The notes under the pieces are model-generated. The model was not told where the DNA came from. It saw nothing but the letters and a program-made list of their open reading frames with translations, and made no database searches. The position numbers were made by a program, and so were the translations under genes. Below, piece by piece: positions 1 through 12,367 of a stretch of DNA of 64,000 nucleotides (position 1 is the first letter of the stretch; each line of letters begins with the position of its first letter). The stretch is taken from the NCBI RefSeq assembly GCF_004010195.1, contig NC_057749.1, positions 26,028,599 to 26,092,598 on the forward strand, given 5' to 3'. The DNA is from Chiloscyllium plagiosum (Eukaryota).

Positions 1-113
1 GCCTACACACTGTAGGGATTCTATGATTCTATGTCTTCTCCCCTTCCTTCTCCGCACATTACAAAGATGCAAGGTATTAATTGATTTCCAAATGAATCTG
101 TGAGCCAATTTTT

Positions 114-440
114 CATAGAATCCCTGCAGTGAGGAAGGAGGTCAATCATCCCATTGAGTCCACACCGACTCTCTAAAGAGCATCCCACCCAGACTCATAC
201 CATAACCCTGCATTTCTCATGGCAAGCCCACCCACCCTGTACATCCCTAGACAATTTAACATGACCAATCCACCTAACCTGCACATCTTTGGACCATGGG
301 GGGAAACCGGAGCACTTGGAGAAAACACAAGCAGACACAGGGAGAAAGTGCAAACTCCACACAGTCACCTGAGGGTGAATTGAACCCGAGTCCCTGGCAC
401 TGTGCGGCAGCAGTGCTTATCACTGAGGCACCATGCCACC
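114..440 (-). mobile_element. HE1-type V-SINE (tRNA-derived)
   Basis: Reverse complement shows a tRNA-like head (GGTGGCATGGTGCCTCAGTG...GGGTTCAATTC), V-domain (GGAGTTTGCAC...) and CR1-like tail ending GGGATTCTATGA. Confidence 0.85.
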
Positions 441-872
441 TACTTGACTTGTGTTCCTGTATACATATGCTAACTTGATAAAAGTGACTGGATAGCAATG
501 CAGATTTTAAGTCTGGCCGATGGGAATGAAAACTTGGTGGGATGGTTGGGGCATTCGTATTCCTTCACACAAGAAACACTTACTGTCACTGAGAGCAGTG
601 GAATATGTCTGGCCGGATCTCCACCCGTGCTGCAATTACCAGTCATTCAAGGCACGAAAAAATGTTGTTGTGAATTGCTTAAAAACCAGACTGACTTGTA
701 TAAAATGTGTTAAACTGGACTGTACACAATATAAAGTGCAGTGAAGAAGTCAAAAGTCAGATTTGCAAGGAAAATAATAGCTACTGACTGCATTTGAATT
801 ATAGCTCAAACATTCTCATCAGGGAGGGCTTTAGGGCTTTGTTAAAAAGTAATTTGGCTTCCTGCTTGTAAG

Positions 873-970
873 AGTCCTGAAGAAAAGTTACACCCGAAAT
901 GTCGACTTCTCCACCTCCTGATGCTGTCTGGCTTGCTGTGTTCTTCCAGCCTCCTGCCTGCCTAGTTCTG
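873..970 (+). mobile_element. Penelope-like terminal-repeat fragment (family C) with decayed minimal hammerhead
   Basis: AGTC-CTGAAGA-...-CCC-GAAATGTC-GACT followed by CTCCACCTCCTGATGCTG; same family at 12368, 22971, 49080. Confidence 0.65.
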
Positions 971-1162
971 ATTCCTAGGATGGCAGGACTGGCATTTAAA
1001 GAAAGATTTGGACTATATTCACTGGGAGTGTCAAAGAATGAGGGTGGGTGCCAATCCCATGGAAATCTATAAAATTCGAATAGGACCGGACAAGATAAAC
1101 ATCAAGGATATCCCTGATGGCTAGATGGCCTGGAACTAGGGATCACTGTCTAGGAATATGGG

Positions 1163-1366
1163 TTAAAAATCAGACAACACCAGGTTATAGTCCAACAGGT
1201 TTAATTGGAAGCACGAGCTTTCTGAGCGCCGTTCCTTCATCAGGTGGTTGTGAAGGAGCAGCGCTCCGAAAGCTAGTGCTTCCAATTAAACCTGTTGGAC
1301 TATAACCTGGTGTTGTGTGATTTTTAACTTTGTACACCCCAGTCCAACACCGGCATCTCCAAATCA
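1163..1366. mobile_element. Fold-back Penelope-like terminal repeat (family B)
   Basis: Inverted arms (GTTAAAAATC...CCAACAGGTTTAATTGGAAGCAC / GTGCTTCCAATTAAACCTGTTGG...GATTTTTAAC); flanked by TAGGAATATGGG (1151) and TAAGAATATGGG (1367). Confidence 0.75.
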
Positions 1367-2251
1367 TAAGAATATGGGGTAAGCCTTATAAAATTGAGAC
1401 AAGGAGAAATGTCTCATCCAGAGAGTGGTGAGCCTGTGGAATTCTCTGCCACAGAAAACGGCTGAGGTCAAAACATTTTCAAGAAGGAGTTAGGGCTGAA
1501 GGGATCAAAGGGTATGTGGAGAAAGCGGAATTGGATGATCAGCCTCAATCATATTGAAAGCTGCAGATACAGTCACATAGATGGGTTAACTCCAGGAAGG
1601 ATAAGAGAGGTAGGCAGGTAATGCAGGAGTCTTCTGTGGCTATTCCCATTTCAAACAATTATGCCATTTTGGAAAATGTGATGGATTCTCAGAGGAATGT
1701 AGCACGAGCAGCCAAGTTTCTGGTATTGGGATGGGCTCTAATGTAATGAGGGGTATGTCGGGTTCAAATAAATCGATTGTGTTAGGGGATTCTCTGGTCT
1801 GAGGCACAGACAGATGTTTCTGTGGCCAGCAGCAAAAAATCAGAGTGGTGTGTTTCTTCCCTGGTGCCAGGATGAAGGATGTTTCAGAGAGGGTGCAGAA
1901 TGTTCTCAAGGGTGTCATTGTACACATCGGAAACAACATAGGAAGGGAAAAGGTGAGATTCTGAAGGGAGAATGGAGAGAGTTAGACAGGAATTTTAAAA
2001 GGAGGTCCTCAAGAGTAATATCTGGATTACTCCCAGGGCTACGAGCTAGAGAGGGTAGGATTAGAAGCATAGAGCAGATGATTGCATGTTGAGGAGGTAA
2101 TGAATGGGAGAAGGATTCACATTTTTGGATCATTGGAATCTCTTCTGGGGTAGAAGTGACCTGTACAAGAAGGCTGGATTGCACCTGAGTTGGAAGGGGA
2201 CTAATGTACTGGGAGGGAGATTTATTTGAGCTGCTCGGGAGGATTTAAACT

Positions 2252-2310
2252 GGCTCCTGTTCCCTGGATGCTGCCTGACCTGCTGTGCTGTTCCAGCAAT
2301 AAAGTTTCAA
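2252..2310 (+). mobile_element. PLE terminal-repeat fragment (family A variant) inside CR1
   Basis: CTCCTGTTCCCTGGATGCTGCCTGACCTGCTGTGCTGTTCCAGCAATAAAGTTTCAAC interrupts CR1 sequence. Confidence 0.7.
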
Positions 2311-2841
2311 CCCTGGGAGATACTCAAGAAAGCGATCAACCTGAGACTGGGACAGTTGAGAAAAGAAGCAAGTCAAACATACAGGACAGGCAGGGCCAAA
2401 GCAGAGAACCAGGTAGGACTGATAAATTAAACTGCATTTATTTCAATGCAAGAGGCTTAACAGGGAAGGCAGATGAACTCAGGGCATGGTTAGGAACATG
2501 GGACTGGGATATCATAGCCATTACAGAAATGTGGCTCAGAGATGGACAGGACGGGTAGCTTAATGTTCCAGTATACAAATGCTATAGGAAGGACAGAAAG
2601 GGGGCCAAGAGAGGAGGGGGAGTGGCGTTTTTTGATAAGGGATAGCATTACAGCTGTGCTGAGGGAGGCCATCACTGGAAATGCATCCAGGGAAGTTATT
2701 TGGATGGAACTGAGAAATAAGAAAGGGATGATCATCTTATTGGGATTGTATCATAGGCTCCCTAATAGTCAGTGGGAAATTAAGGACATTTCAGCTATCT
2801 TTAAGAATAATAGGGTAGTTATAGTAGGGGATTTTAACTTT

Positions 2842-2921
2842 GAGGAGAAAGTGAGGTCTGCAGATGCTGGAGATCAAAGTTGAAACTTTATTGCTAGAAC
2901 AGCACAGCAGGTCAGGCAGCA
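2842..2921 (-). mobile_element. PLE terminal-repeat fragment (family A variant) inside CR1, inverted relative to 2252-2310
   Basis: AGGAGAAAGTGAGGTCTGCAGATGCTGGAGATCAAAGTTGAAACTTTATTGCTAGAACAGCACAGCAGGTCAGGCAGCA interrupts the GDFNF(P) motif. Confidence 0.7.
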
Positions 2922-3636
2922 CATAGACTGGGACTGTCATAGTATTAAGAGTTTAGATAGAGCGGAATTTGTTAAGTGTGTTCAAGAAAAAAATTCTGAT
3001 TCAGTGTGTGGATATACCTACTAGAGAAGGTGGAAAACCTGACCTACTCTTGGGAAATAAGGCAGGGCAGGTGACTGAGGTGTCAGTGGGGGAGCACTTT
3101 GGGGCCAGTGACCATAATTCTATTAGTTTTAAAATAGTGATGGAAAAGGATAGATCAGATCTAAAAGTTGAAGTTCTAAATTGGAGAAAGGCCAATTTTG
3201 ACGGTATCTGGCAAGAACTTTCAAAAGCTGATTGGGGGCAGATGTTCGCAGGTAAAGGGACAGCTGGAAAATGGGAGGCCTTCAGAAATGAGATAACGAG
3301 AGTCCAGAGACAGTATGTTCCTGTCAGTGTGAAAGGAAAGGCTGGTAGGTGTAGGGAATGCTGGATGACTAAAGAAATTGAGGGTTTGCTTAAGAAAAAG
3401 AAGGAAGCATATGTCAGGTATAGACAAGATCAGGTGAGTCCTTAGAAGAGTATAACGGCAGTAGGAGTATACTTAAGAGGGAAATCAGGAGGGCAAAAAA
3501 GGGGTCATGAGATAGCTTTGGCAAATAGAATTAAAGAGAATCCAAAGGGTTTTTACAAACACATTAAGGACAAAAGGGTAACTAGGGAGAGAATAGGGCC
3601 CCTCAAAGATCAGCAAGGCGGCCTTTGTGTGGAACT

Positions 3637-4262
3637 NNNNNNNNNNNNNNNNNNNNNNNNNNNNNNNNNNNNNNNNNNNNNNNNNNNNNNNNNNNNNNNN
3701 NNNNNNNNNNNNNNNNNNNNNNNNNNNNNNNNNNNNNNNNNNNNNNNNNNNNNNNNNNNNNNNNNNNNNNNNNNNNNNNNNNNNNNNNNNNNNNNNNNNN
3801 NNNNNNNNNNNNNNNNNNNNNNNNNNNNNNNNNNNNNNNNNNNNNNNNNNNNNNNNNNNNNNNNNNNNNNNNNNNNNNNNNNNNNNNNNNNNNNNNNNNN
3901 NNNNNNNNNNNNNNNNNNNNNNNNNNNNNNNNNNNNNNNNNNNNNNNNNNNNNNNNNNNNNNNNNNNNNNNNNNNNNNNNNNNNNNNNNNNNNNNNNNNN
4001 NNNNNNNNNNNNNNNNNNNNNNNNNNNNNNNNNNNNNNNNNNNNNNNNNNNNNNNNNNNNNNNNNNNNNNNNNNNNNNNNNNNNNNNNNNNNNNNNNNNN
4101 NNNNNNNNNNNNNNNNNNNNNNNNNNNNNNNNNNNNNNNNNNNNNNNNNNNNNNNNNNNNNNNNNNNNNNNNNNNNNNNNNNNNNNNNNNNNNNNNNNNN
4201 NNNNNNNNNNNNNNNNNNNNNNNNNNNNNNNNNNNNNNNNNNNNNNNNNNNNNNNNNNNNNN
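3637..4262. other. Assembly gap (N run)
   Basis: N characters. Confidence 0.99.
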
Positions 4263-7168
4263 GATAGATCAAGTGAATCCTTAGAGTATAAAGGCAGTAG
4301 GAGTATACTAAAGAGGGAAATCAGGAGGGCAAAAAAGGGGTCATGAGATAGCTTTGGCAAATAGAATTAAAGAGAATCCAAAGGGTTTTTACAAACACAT
4401 TAAGGACAAAAGGGTAACTAGGGAGAGAATAGGGCCCCTCAAAGATCAGCAAGGCGGCCTGTGTGTGGAACTGCAGGAGTTGGGTGAGATACTAAACGAG
4501 TATTTTGCATCAGTGTTTACTGTGGAAAAGGACATGGAAGATATAAAATGTAAGGAAATAGTTGGTGACATCTTGAAAAATGTCCATATTACAGAGGAGG
4601 AAGTGCTGGATGTCTTGAAACGCATGAAAGTGGGTAAATCCCCAGGGCCAGATCAGGTATACCCTCGAACTCTGTGGGAAGCTAGGGAAGTGATTGCTTG
4701 GTCTCTTGCTGAGATATTTGTAGCATCACTAGTCACAGTTGAGGTGCCATAAAGACTGGAGGTTGGCTAATGTAGTGCCACTGTTTAAGAAAGGTGGTAA
4801 GGGCAAGCCAGGGAACAATAGACCATCGAGCCTGACATTGATGGTGGGCAAGTTGTTGGAGGGAATCCTGAGGGACAGGATGTACATGTATTTAGAAAGT
4901 CAAGGACTGATTAGGGATAGTCAACATGGCTTTGTGCGTGGGGAAATCATGTCTCACAAACTTGATTGAGTTTTTTGAAGAAGTAACAAAGAGGATTGAT
5001 GAGGGCAGAGCGATGGACGTGATCTGTATGGACTTCAGTAAGGCGTTCGACAAGGTTCCCCATGGGAGACTGGTCAGCAAGGTTAGATCTCATTGGAATA
5101 CAGGGAGAACTAGCTATTTGGATACAGAACTGGCTCGAAGGTAGAAGGAAAAATGTAGTGGTGGAGGGATGTTTTTCAGACTGGAGGCCTGTGACCAGTG
5201 GAATGCCATGAGGATCGGTGCTGGGTTCACTACTTTTCATCATTTATATAAGTGAGTTGGATGTGAGCTTAATAGGTATAGTTAGTAAGTTTGCAAATGA
5301 CGCCAAAATTGGAGGTGTATTGGACAGCAAAGAAGATTACCTCAGATTACAACAGGATCTTGATCAGATGGGCCAATGAGCTGAGGAGTAGCAGATGGAG
5401 TTTAATTCAGATAAGTGCTAGGTGCTGCATTTTGGGAAAGCAAATCTTAGCAGGACTTATAGACTTAATGGTAAGGTCCTAGGGAGTGTTGCTGAATAAA
5501 GAGACCTTGGAGTGCAGGTTCATAGCTCCTTGAAAGTAGAGTCACAGGTTGATAGGATAGTGAAGAAGATGATTGGTATGCTTTCCTTTATTAGTCAGAG
5601 TATTAGGTACAGGAGTTGGGAGGTCATGTTGTGGTTGTACAGGATGTTGGTTATGCCACCTTTAGAATATTGCGTGCAATTCTGGTCTCCTTCTTTTCAG
5701 AAGAATGTTGTGAAACTTAAAAATGTTCAGAAAAATTTAACACGATGTTGCCAGGGTTGGAGGATTTGAGCTATAGGGAGAGGCTGAATAGGCTAGGGCT
5801 GTTTTCCCTGTAGTGTTGGAGGCTGAGGGATGACCTTATAGAGGTTTATAAAATCATGAGGAGCGTGGATAGGGTAAATAGACAAGATCTTTTCCCTGGG
5901 GTGGGGGAGTCCAGAAGTAAAGAGCATAGTTTAGGGTGAGAGGGGAAAGATATGAAAGAGAACTAAGGGGCAACGTTTTCACACAGAGGGTGGTACGTGT
6001 ATGGAATGAGCTGCCAGAAGAAGTGGTGGAGGCTGGTACAATTACAGCATTTAAAAGACATCTGGATGGGTGTATGAATAGGAAGGGTTTGGAGGGATAT
6101 GGGCCGGGTACTGGCAGTGGGAATGGATTGGGGTGAGATATCTAGTCGGCATGGACGGGTTGGACCGAAGGATCTGTTTCCGTGCTGTACATCTCTATGA
6201 CTGTATGACTATGAATGGCGTAGCAGACTCGAAGGGCTGAATAGCCTATTCCTGTTCCTATTTTCTATGTTTCTATCCGTGGCCATTCTCAGGAGAGACC
6301 ATTTCGCCTCTCAGAACTAGTCTGGCACTCAAAGAACAAATTTCACACAGGTAGTGGCTCATTGCTGTGCTACTGACTTTGAGAAAGATGTTAAAATAAG
6401 TGACCTTCTGCCTATTTTTAGATGTGAGTTATTTGAAGTAAAGTGAGAGGGTTTTTCTCGTAGGTCGGCCAACATTTATCCCTCAGGCGATGCAATATTT
6501 TGAAATAAAACTGGACGTTATGGCAACACAACTCAGACGTTACCACATCTTACTGCAATCTGTTCTTAACGTTTCACACCGTAACATGGGATGTCCACCA
6601 CATTCTTAGAATAACTGTCAGGATGTAGTTAATCTTTCAGGGGATCAGAAATGCCTGCTTTCTCACCAGTATGAAACTGTATAGTCATTGCTCAGAATCC
6701 TGTCTTGACGGGTTCAGTTTCTGACTCTTTGCAGAAAGGAATCTAGAGTTGCTTTGACATGGGGAAATAACACAGAGTCGGGTTTTTGGTCAAAATCAGA
6801 GAGAACTAAACGGCAACAGAAATAGAGACAGCTGAGGAACATCAGAAATAGAGATAGCTGGGGAACATCACAAATACTGTCACCTGTCAAAAATGTTGCA
6901 CGATTATTTGGAAGTATGGAATAATCCTTGCCTGAAAGGGACACCACAGTTCTGTATTAGTTGTACTCCATGTTTGTACAAAGCTTTGCAAATCAGAGCT
7001 TGAATTAAAAGCAGAAAATACCGGAAAATATTCGCAAGGAGACAAAGTTAACATTCCAAGTCAATGCCTGGCATCAGAAGGATAAGGTACTGCAGATGCT
7101 GTAAATCTGAAGGATGCACAGAGAATGCTGGAAAAACGCAGCAGGTTTGGCAGCATTCCTTGAAGAAA

Positions 7169-7808
7169 GGGCGGCACGGTGGTTCAGTGGTTAGCACTGT
7201 TTCCTCACAGTACCAGGAACCCAGGTTCAATTCCAATATCGGGTGACTGTCTGCATGGAGTTTGCACATTCTCCCTGTGGTTTGCGTGGGTTTCCTCCAA
7301 CACTCCAAAGATGTGCAGATTAGGTGGATTACCCTGTTGTGTCCAGCGATGTGCAGGTTAGGTGGATTAGGAGAAAGTGAGGACTGCAGATGCTGGAGAT
7401 CAGAGCTGAAAAATGTGTTGCTGGAAAAGCGCAGCAGGTCAGGCAGCATCAAAGCAGCAGGAGAATCGACGTTTCGGGCATAAGCCCTTCTTCAGGAATG
7501 AAGAAGGGCATTTGCCCAAAACGTCGATTCTCCTGCTGCTTGGATGCTACCTGACCTGCTGCGCTTTTCCAGCAATACATTTTTCAGCTCAGGTTAGGTG
7601 GATTGCCCTGTTGTGTCCAACATTGTCAGATTAGGTGGATTGCCCTGTTGTGTCCAGTGGTGGGCAGGTTAGGTGGATTGCCCTGTTGTGTCCAGCGGTG
7701 TGCAGGCTAGCTGGGTTAACCAAGGGAAATGAGGGGGTGGTGTGGGTTGGAGTTTAGTGTGGACTTGATCGGTCAAATTACCTGCTTCACACTGTGGGCA
7801 TTCTATGA
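7169..7808 (+). mobile_element. HE1-type V-SINE with internal tandem repeats and nested PLE
   Basis: GGGCGGCACGGTGGTTCAGTGGTTAGCACTG head, V-domain, repeated CAGGTTAGGTGGATTGCCCTGTTGTGTCCAG units, ATTCTATGA tail. Confidence 0.85.
7369..7589. mobile_element. Fold-back PLE terminal repeat (family A) with 15-bp TSD
   Basis: Starts AGGAGAAAGTGAGG, inverted arm ends ...TTTTCAGCT; CAGGTTAGGTGGATT at 7354-7368 and 7590-7604. Confidence 0.85.
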
Positions 7809-8239
7809 ATCATTATCAAGTCTAGTATGATTCTGCTTCAGAACAGCTCTGTTTTTCTCTCTCCACAGTTACTGCTAGACCTGCTGAGTTTCTCCAGCAT
7901 TTTCTGCTTTTATATCAGAATGAGAACACCTACTTCAATTTCAGATCAGTTTAGAAAAGTTGGTTGGTGTTGGAGAGGGGAACAGAAAGTTGGAAGGCAG
8001 AAGTGATTTAAATGATAAACAATGGCGCAAGGCCATGAATCTATTGAATGGCAGAGCAGGCTCAAGGGGCTGAATGGCCTACTGCTGTTACTATTTCTTA
8101 TGCTGGGTCAAAAGCAAAGTTGGAAATCGCAAAGTAAAGTAAAGAAACATGCCACAGGAGGTAAATGAATATAGTGAAAACTATGAAACTATACCTGAGC
8201 CTGCTTTCTGACTTGGGACTGAAATAATTTATCCTTTAA

Positions 8240-8886
8240 CAACCCAAAACTTTCTAACAAGCACCAAGACATCGCTTAGATGCTGGTGGTAAGGGCACGA
8301 CCTTGGAGATCCTTTATGTACACCCGGTCAGTCTGCGCCCCCACAGTGGCTGCGGAGGGTCGAGACTGTCAGACATCTCCTGCAGGAATGTGCCTTTGCA
8401 AAGGAAGTCTGGACAGAGATACAGTGCTTTGTCTCCAGGTTTGTTCTGAGCAGCTCTGTGACGCAGGACTCTGCATCTGGAGGACCACCAACTCGCTGAA
8501 AGATGTTCTGTTGTCTGCTGGAAACTTTGCAGTCTTCCAGAACAAGGAATTGACCTCAACTGAGTGTTGCAGACTGGCACATTCCAAGGTCCAGGACGAC
8601 TTGCTAAGGGATACACTAAAGCTCGGGGCAGTTGCCGCCAAGGCTCAGTGGGTAAAGACCACTGCTTGAGGTCTTCCTGCTGAAGGTAAATCGGGGTCCC
8701 TTCAGTTATCGGACTCCCTTTGTGCCTCAAGTATTTGTAAATGTTAGTATTTCATAGGTAAGAGAGGGCTTTGCATTTTTGGTCGTCTGATTTTGTTTAT
8801 TTACTTGATATGCAACTGTACAGAATCAAACCGCTTTTGTCACAGAGAGCTTTTTTACAAATACAGTATGTTTTTGAAATTAAAAA
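8240..8886 (+). mobile_element. Tx1/L1-clade LINE 3' end (C-terminal zinc-knuckle region plus 3' UTR), decayed
   Basis: Frameshifted ETVRHLLQECAFAKEVW and VFQNKELTSTECCRLAHSKVQDDLLRDTLKLGAVAAKAQWVKTTA*, A-rich end; second copy at 16390-17025. Confidence 0.75.
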
Positions 8887-9074
8887 GTCCATGCAGTCAG
8901 GCTATGACACACCTTGGTGGGATTTGAACTGCTGGCTCAGAGGGTGGGGCACTACTATTGTGTTTCAGAGAGCCTGTCAATCCACCGCTGCAACACTCAA
9001 ATCCTACTGTGGTTAAAACCACTGATCAGCACCAAGAATAAGAATGTCTGCAAAGCATTGGTATGGAAATACCA

Positions 9075-9359
9075 TTGAATTCCCACAGAGTGGAAGCAGG
9101 CTATTCAGCCCATACCCCCAACCTCAAAGAGCACCCCACCCAGCTATGTTGTCCCCATAACCCTGCATTTCCCATGGCCTACGCACCTAGACTGCACACT
9201 ATGGGCAATTTAGCGCGGCCAATCCACCTAACCTGCACATCTTTGGACTGTGGGAGGAAACCGGAGCACCCGGAGGGAACACTTGCAGACACAGGGTGAA
9301 TATGCAAACTCCACACAGTCACTTTAGGGTTGGAATCAAATCCAGGTTGTGAGGCAGCA
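9075..9359 (-). mobile_element. HE1-type V-SINE
   Basis: CCAATCCACCTAACCTGCACATCTTTGGACTGTGGGAGGAAACCGGAGCACCCGGAG (V-domain, reverse strand). Confidence 0.8.
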
Positions 9360-10544
9360 TATAAACTGAAGGAAATTATAGATGTACCAATAACTTTCCA
9401 ATTGCGTGAATCCCCCTTTAATATCTATTCAACTTATGCTTTTGCTTCTCTCCCTGGATTGAATATGTAACTATTGGAAACATTAATTGTATTGGGAGTG
9501 TGTGATAGAATTATGAAGGGCCTAAATGATAGTGGATGAGATGGATCTATTTGCTTGAGGTGAGATCTCAATAACCAAGGATGTAGATTTAAAGTATATT
9601 GATAGACGAATTGGACAGGAGTTATGGAGAAAGGTTTTTGGCCAGAGGGTGGTACTGAGTTGGAACTGATTGCTTGAAAAGGTGGTGGAGATAGAAATAC
9701 CCATCTCATTTAAAATAAAATACTTGAATATTCTCTGGAAGTGTCGTTACTTCAGGAATTGGAAAGAGGGATTATGCTGGCTAACTCTTTTCCATTTGGG
9801 AATGTTCTCAAATTGTTAACTTGGGAAACTGAACATTGTGGTGGATGTACCATTAACAAATGGTGTCTTCCTGCGCTGTACATTTTCTCTGTTTCGAACT
9901 CGATAAGGAGCAGATAGTTGCTGTTATAATGGCTGCACAGTATGTTTTGTGATTAGATGGTCAAGAACCATCAGTATAGATTGATAATGGTTACACTGTA
10001 GAATACGCTGAATATTACCCTTTATTTCCAGGAATTATAGCATTGCCACAGATGCTGAGTTTGGATAAGGGGAGCTCACTAAACTCATTTCCTGTAGCTT
10101 AATCATTGTGGTGACAGCAAGGTCAAACTGCAAGTCACAAGTTGGGGAACAGTAGGTGAGATAAGACAATTAGCTATAGTTCAAAATGGATCATCGCATT
10201 TTGTTCCATTTGAAAAAGATTACTGGTCCTTTTTGTATTCACTTATGGGATGTGGGCATCATTTGCTGGGCTAGCATTTATTGTCCACCCCTAACTACTC
10301 TTGAGAAGGCGATGGTGAGCTGCCTTCTTGAACCATTGTAGTCCATATGCTAGAGGTACACCCACAATGGCCTTAGAGAGGGAATCCCAGGATTTTGACC
10401 CAGTGAAGAAATAGCAATATACTTCCAAGCCAGGATGGTGGGTGGCTCGGAAGAGAGCTTGTAGGTGTTTGTGACCAGGTTCCTCTCCGGCCCACCCCTT
10501 GATGCCCCTGTCTATAGAGATATATTTAATTCTGCCTTGAACCA

Positions 10545-10948
10545 ATGATTGCACATTCTCCCCATGTCTGTTTAAGTTTCCTTTGTGTGCTCCAGTTCCC
10601 CCCCACAGTCCAAATAAATGTAGATTGGGTTGGCTGTACTAAATTGCCCATTGTGCCCAGGGATATGCAGGCTAGGTGAATTAACCATGGGAAATGCAGG
10701 GTTACGGGGGGTAAGTAGAACAGTGGGTTTGAGTTAAATTTCGGACTCCAGCTGTTGGAGAGTCAGAGTTGAAAAAGGTGGCGCTGGAAAAGCACAGCAG
10801 GTCAGGCAGTATCCAGGGAGTAGAAGAGTCAATGTTTGGGCATAAGCTCTTCATCAGGAAGGTGGGTCTGGGTCGGATGCTCTTTGGAGGCTTGGTATAG
10901 ATCTGAGGTCAAATGTCTGCTTCCATTCTGTAGAGACTCTGTGATTCT
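10545..10948 (+). mobile_element. 5'-truncated HE1-type SINE with nested PLE fragment (~10750-10860)
   Basis: TTGCACATTCTCCCC...CCACAGTCCAAA...; insert GCTGGAAAAGCACAGCAGGTCAGGCAG...CTTCATCAGGAA. Confidence 0.7.
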
Positions 10949-11618
10949 GTACCTGAGAAAAATTAGCTTAATTAAAATATGATGCAGTGAGACAATAACG
11001 TTAGTGGGTGAATTTGTAAAGACACGCAAATTGGTTGTTTGCAAATGAGGGAGAATCAAGCATGTGAGGGAGTGTTGCGATTTGTGAAGATAGAGGTAAG
11101 GAGAAAAGCTGAGAACTGTCTCTGAGATCGTTATCTATGACAAGTAGCAGAGACACTGATTGCCATCTGTGGCAGAAAGCAAAGATCTGCAGCAAGATAG
11201 GGGAACGGTTTGAACAGAGACTGTGAAGAAGTCAAGGGAGATGTTCTTGGATAGTTTACAGTGTCCAAGGGACAACCACGAATAGCAGAAACAGTAAGTC
11301 TTTCTTCCGTGCAACACTTTGACACTGGCTCAATCCTATCCAGTGTTTAACACTGTAACAGCAAGTAGCCATCTTGTGTGAGATGTTACACTTTTATATT
11401 TGACATTTTCTGCTGACCTCTTGCATTGTCTACTAAAGAATTAGAATTAGGTTTAATGCCACGTGTATTCAAGTCACAAAAGAACAGGAATTCAGTGAAA
11501 AATCCCACCAATACGTGGCACCATCTTAGGTACAAAGTACTTAAGTACAAAAAGTAGAGAAAATAAGGAGAAAAGTTACACTATGTTACAGATTTGCATA
11601 GTGTAAGTCAGGAAAATA

Positions 11619-11929
11619 AGGGCGGCATGGCAGTTAGCACTGCTGCCTCACAGCACCAGAGACCCGGGTTCAATTCCCGTCTCAGGCAACTGGCTGTGTG
11701 GAGTTTGCACATTCTCTCTGTGTCTGTGTGGGTTTGCACCACTTTCCTCCCACAGTCCAAAAATGTGCAGGTTAGGTGAATTGGTCATGCTAAATTGCCC
11801 GTAGTGTTAGGTGAAGGGGTAAATGTAGGGGAATGGGTCTGGGTGGATTGCTCTTTGGAGGGTCGGTGTGGACTTGTTGGGCCGAAGGGCCTGTTTCCAC
11901 ACTGTAAGTAATCTAATCTAAAAAAAAAA
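11619..11929 (+). mobile_element. HE1-type V-SINE (young, TAATC-tailed)
   Basis: GGGCGGCATGGCAGTTAGCACTGCTGCCTCACAGC...GGGTTCAATTCC; tail CTGTAAGTAATCTAATCT plus A-run. Confidence 0.9.
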
Positions 11930-12049
11930 GCTCAAAAGATAGAGATTGCAGTCTTTCTATAAGGGACTTCACCAGTTTCCAATCTTCCCTGCAGGCTAAG
12001 AGTTAGTAGAGCTTTCTTTTTCCCTGTACTGTTCAGGAGGTGGTCACAC

Positions 12050-12330
12050 TTGGTAGATTAAATCCTTCAATTTCAATCAGTGATCAGGTACAGCAGGGTG
12101 TGACTGTGAGGGAGGCAGGTAAGGGGATCCTGCGTTCAGCAATGGAGGAGCCTCAGCTCTTGACCTTGTCCAACAGGTTTGAGGTACCTGCTCCCCTGTG
12201 TGGATGAGGAAAAGAGCTGCGGGGAAGATGAGCTAGCTGACCACGGCACCGTGGTGCATGAGGCCATTCAAGAGGGGCGAGCAAAAAGGCAAGTGGTATT
12301 GTAGGGGATTCTATAATTATGGGAATAGTA
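12050..12330 (+). mobile_element. CR1 ORF1 fragment
   Basis: LTLSNRFEVPA and a degenerate VVL.GDSI esterase block, homologous to 38778-39155. Confidence 0.6.
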
Positions 12331-12367
12331 TCCTTTGCAAGCTAGGTCGAGAACCCCACATGAGATA

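Larger units (their letters stand above)
1559..6212 (+). mobile_element. Near full-length decayed CR1 (HER1-like) LINE: ORF1 esterase plus ORF2 APE endonuclease/reverse transcriptase
   Basis: Translated fragments IVLGDSLV (ORF1), LNCIYFNARGLTGKADELRAWLGTWDWDIIAITEMWL and VIVGDFNF (APE), KSPGPDQVYPR, SQHGF, MDFSKAFDKVPHGRL (RT), NVFTQRVVRVWNELPEEVVEAG; (ATGACT)-like tail; many stops and frameshifts. Confidence 0.93.
971..6276 (+). mobile_element. Older CR1 LINE 3' end, split by a PLE (1163-1366) and a younger CR1 (1559-6212)
   Basis: 971-1558 reads ...ATCATATTGAA and resumes at ~6213 with TGGCGTAGCAGACTCGAAGGGCTGAATAGCCTATTCCTGTTCCTATTTTCTATG. Confidence 0.75.

Noticed and set aside
3423..4471. 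~210-bp direct repeat on both sides of the first N gap
   Set aside because: Near-identical sequence flanking a gap is typical of unmerged contig overlap or haplotype duplication; cannot be treated as biological without reads
7413..7634. Recurrent peptide MCCWKSAAGQAAS...ENRRFGHKPFFRN (also 21190, 38669, 45236)
   Set aside because: Antisense translation of the non-coding PLE terminal repeat, not a gene family
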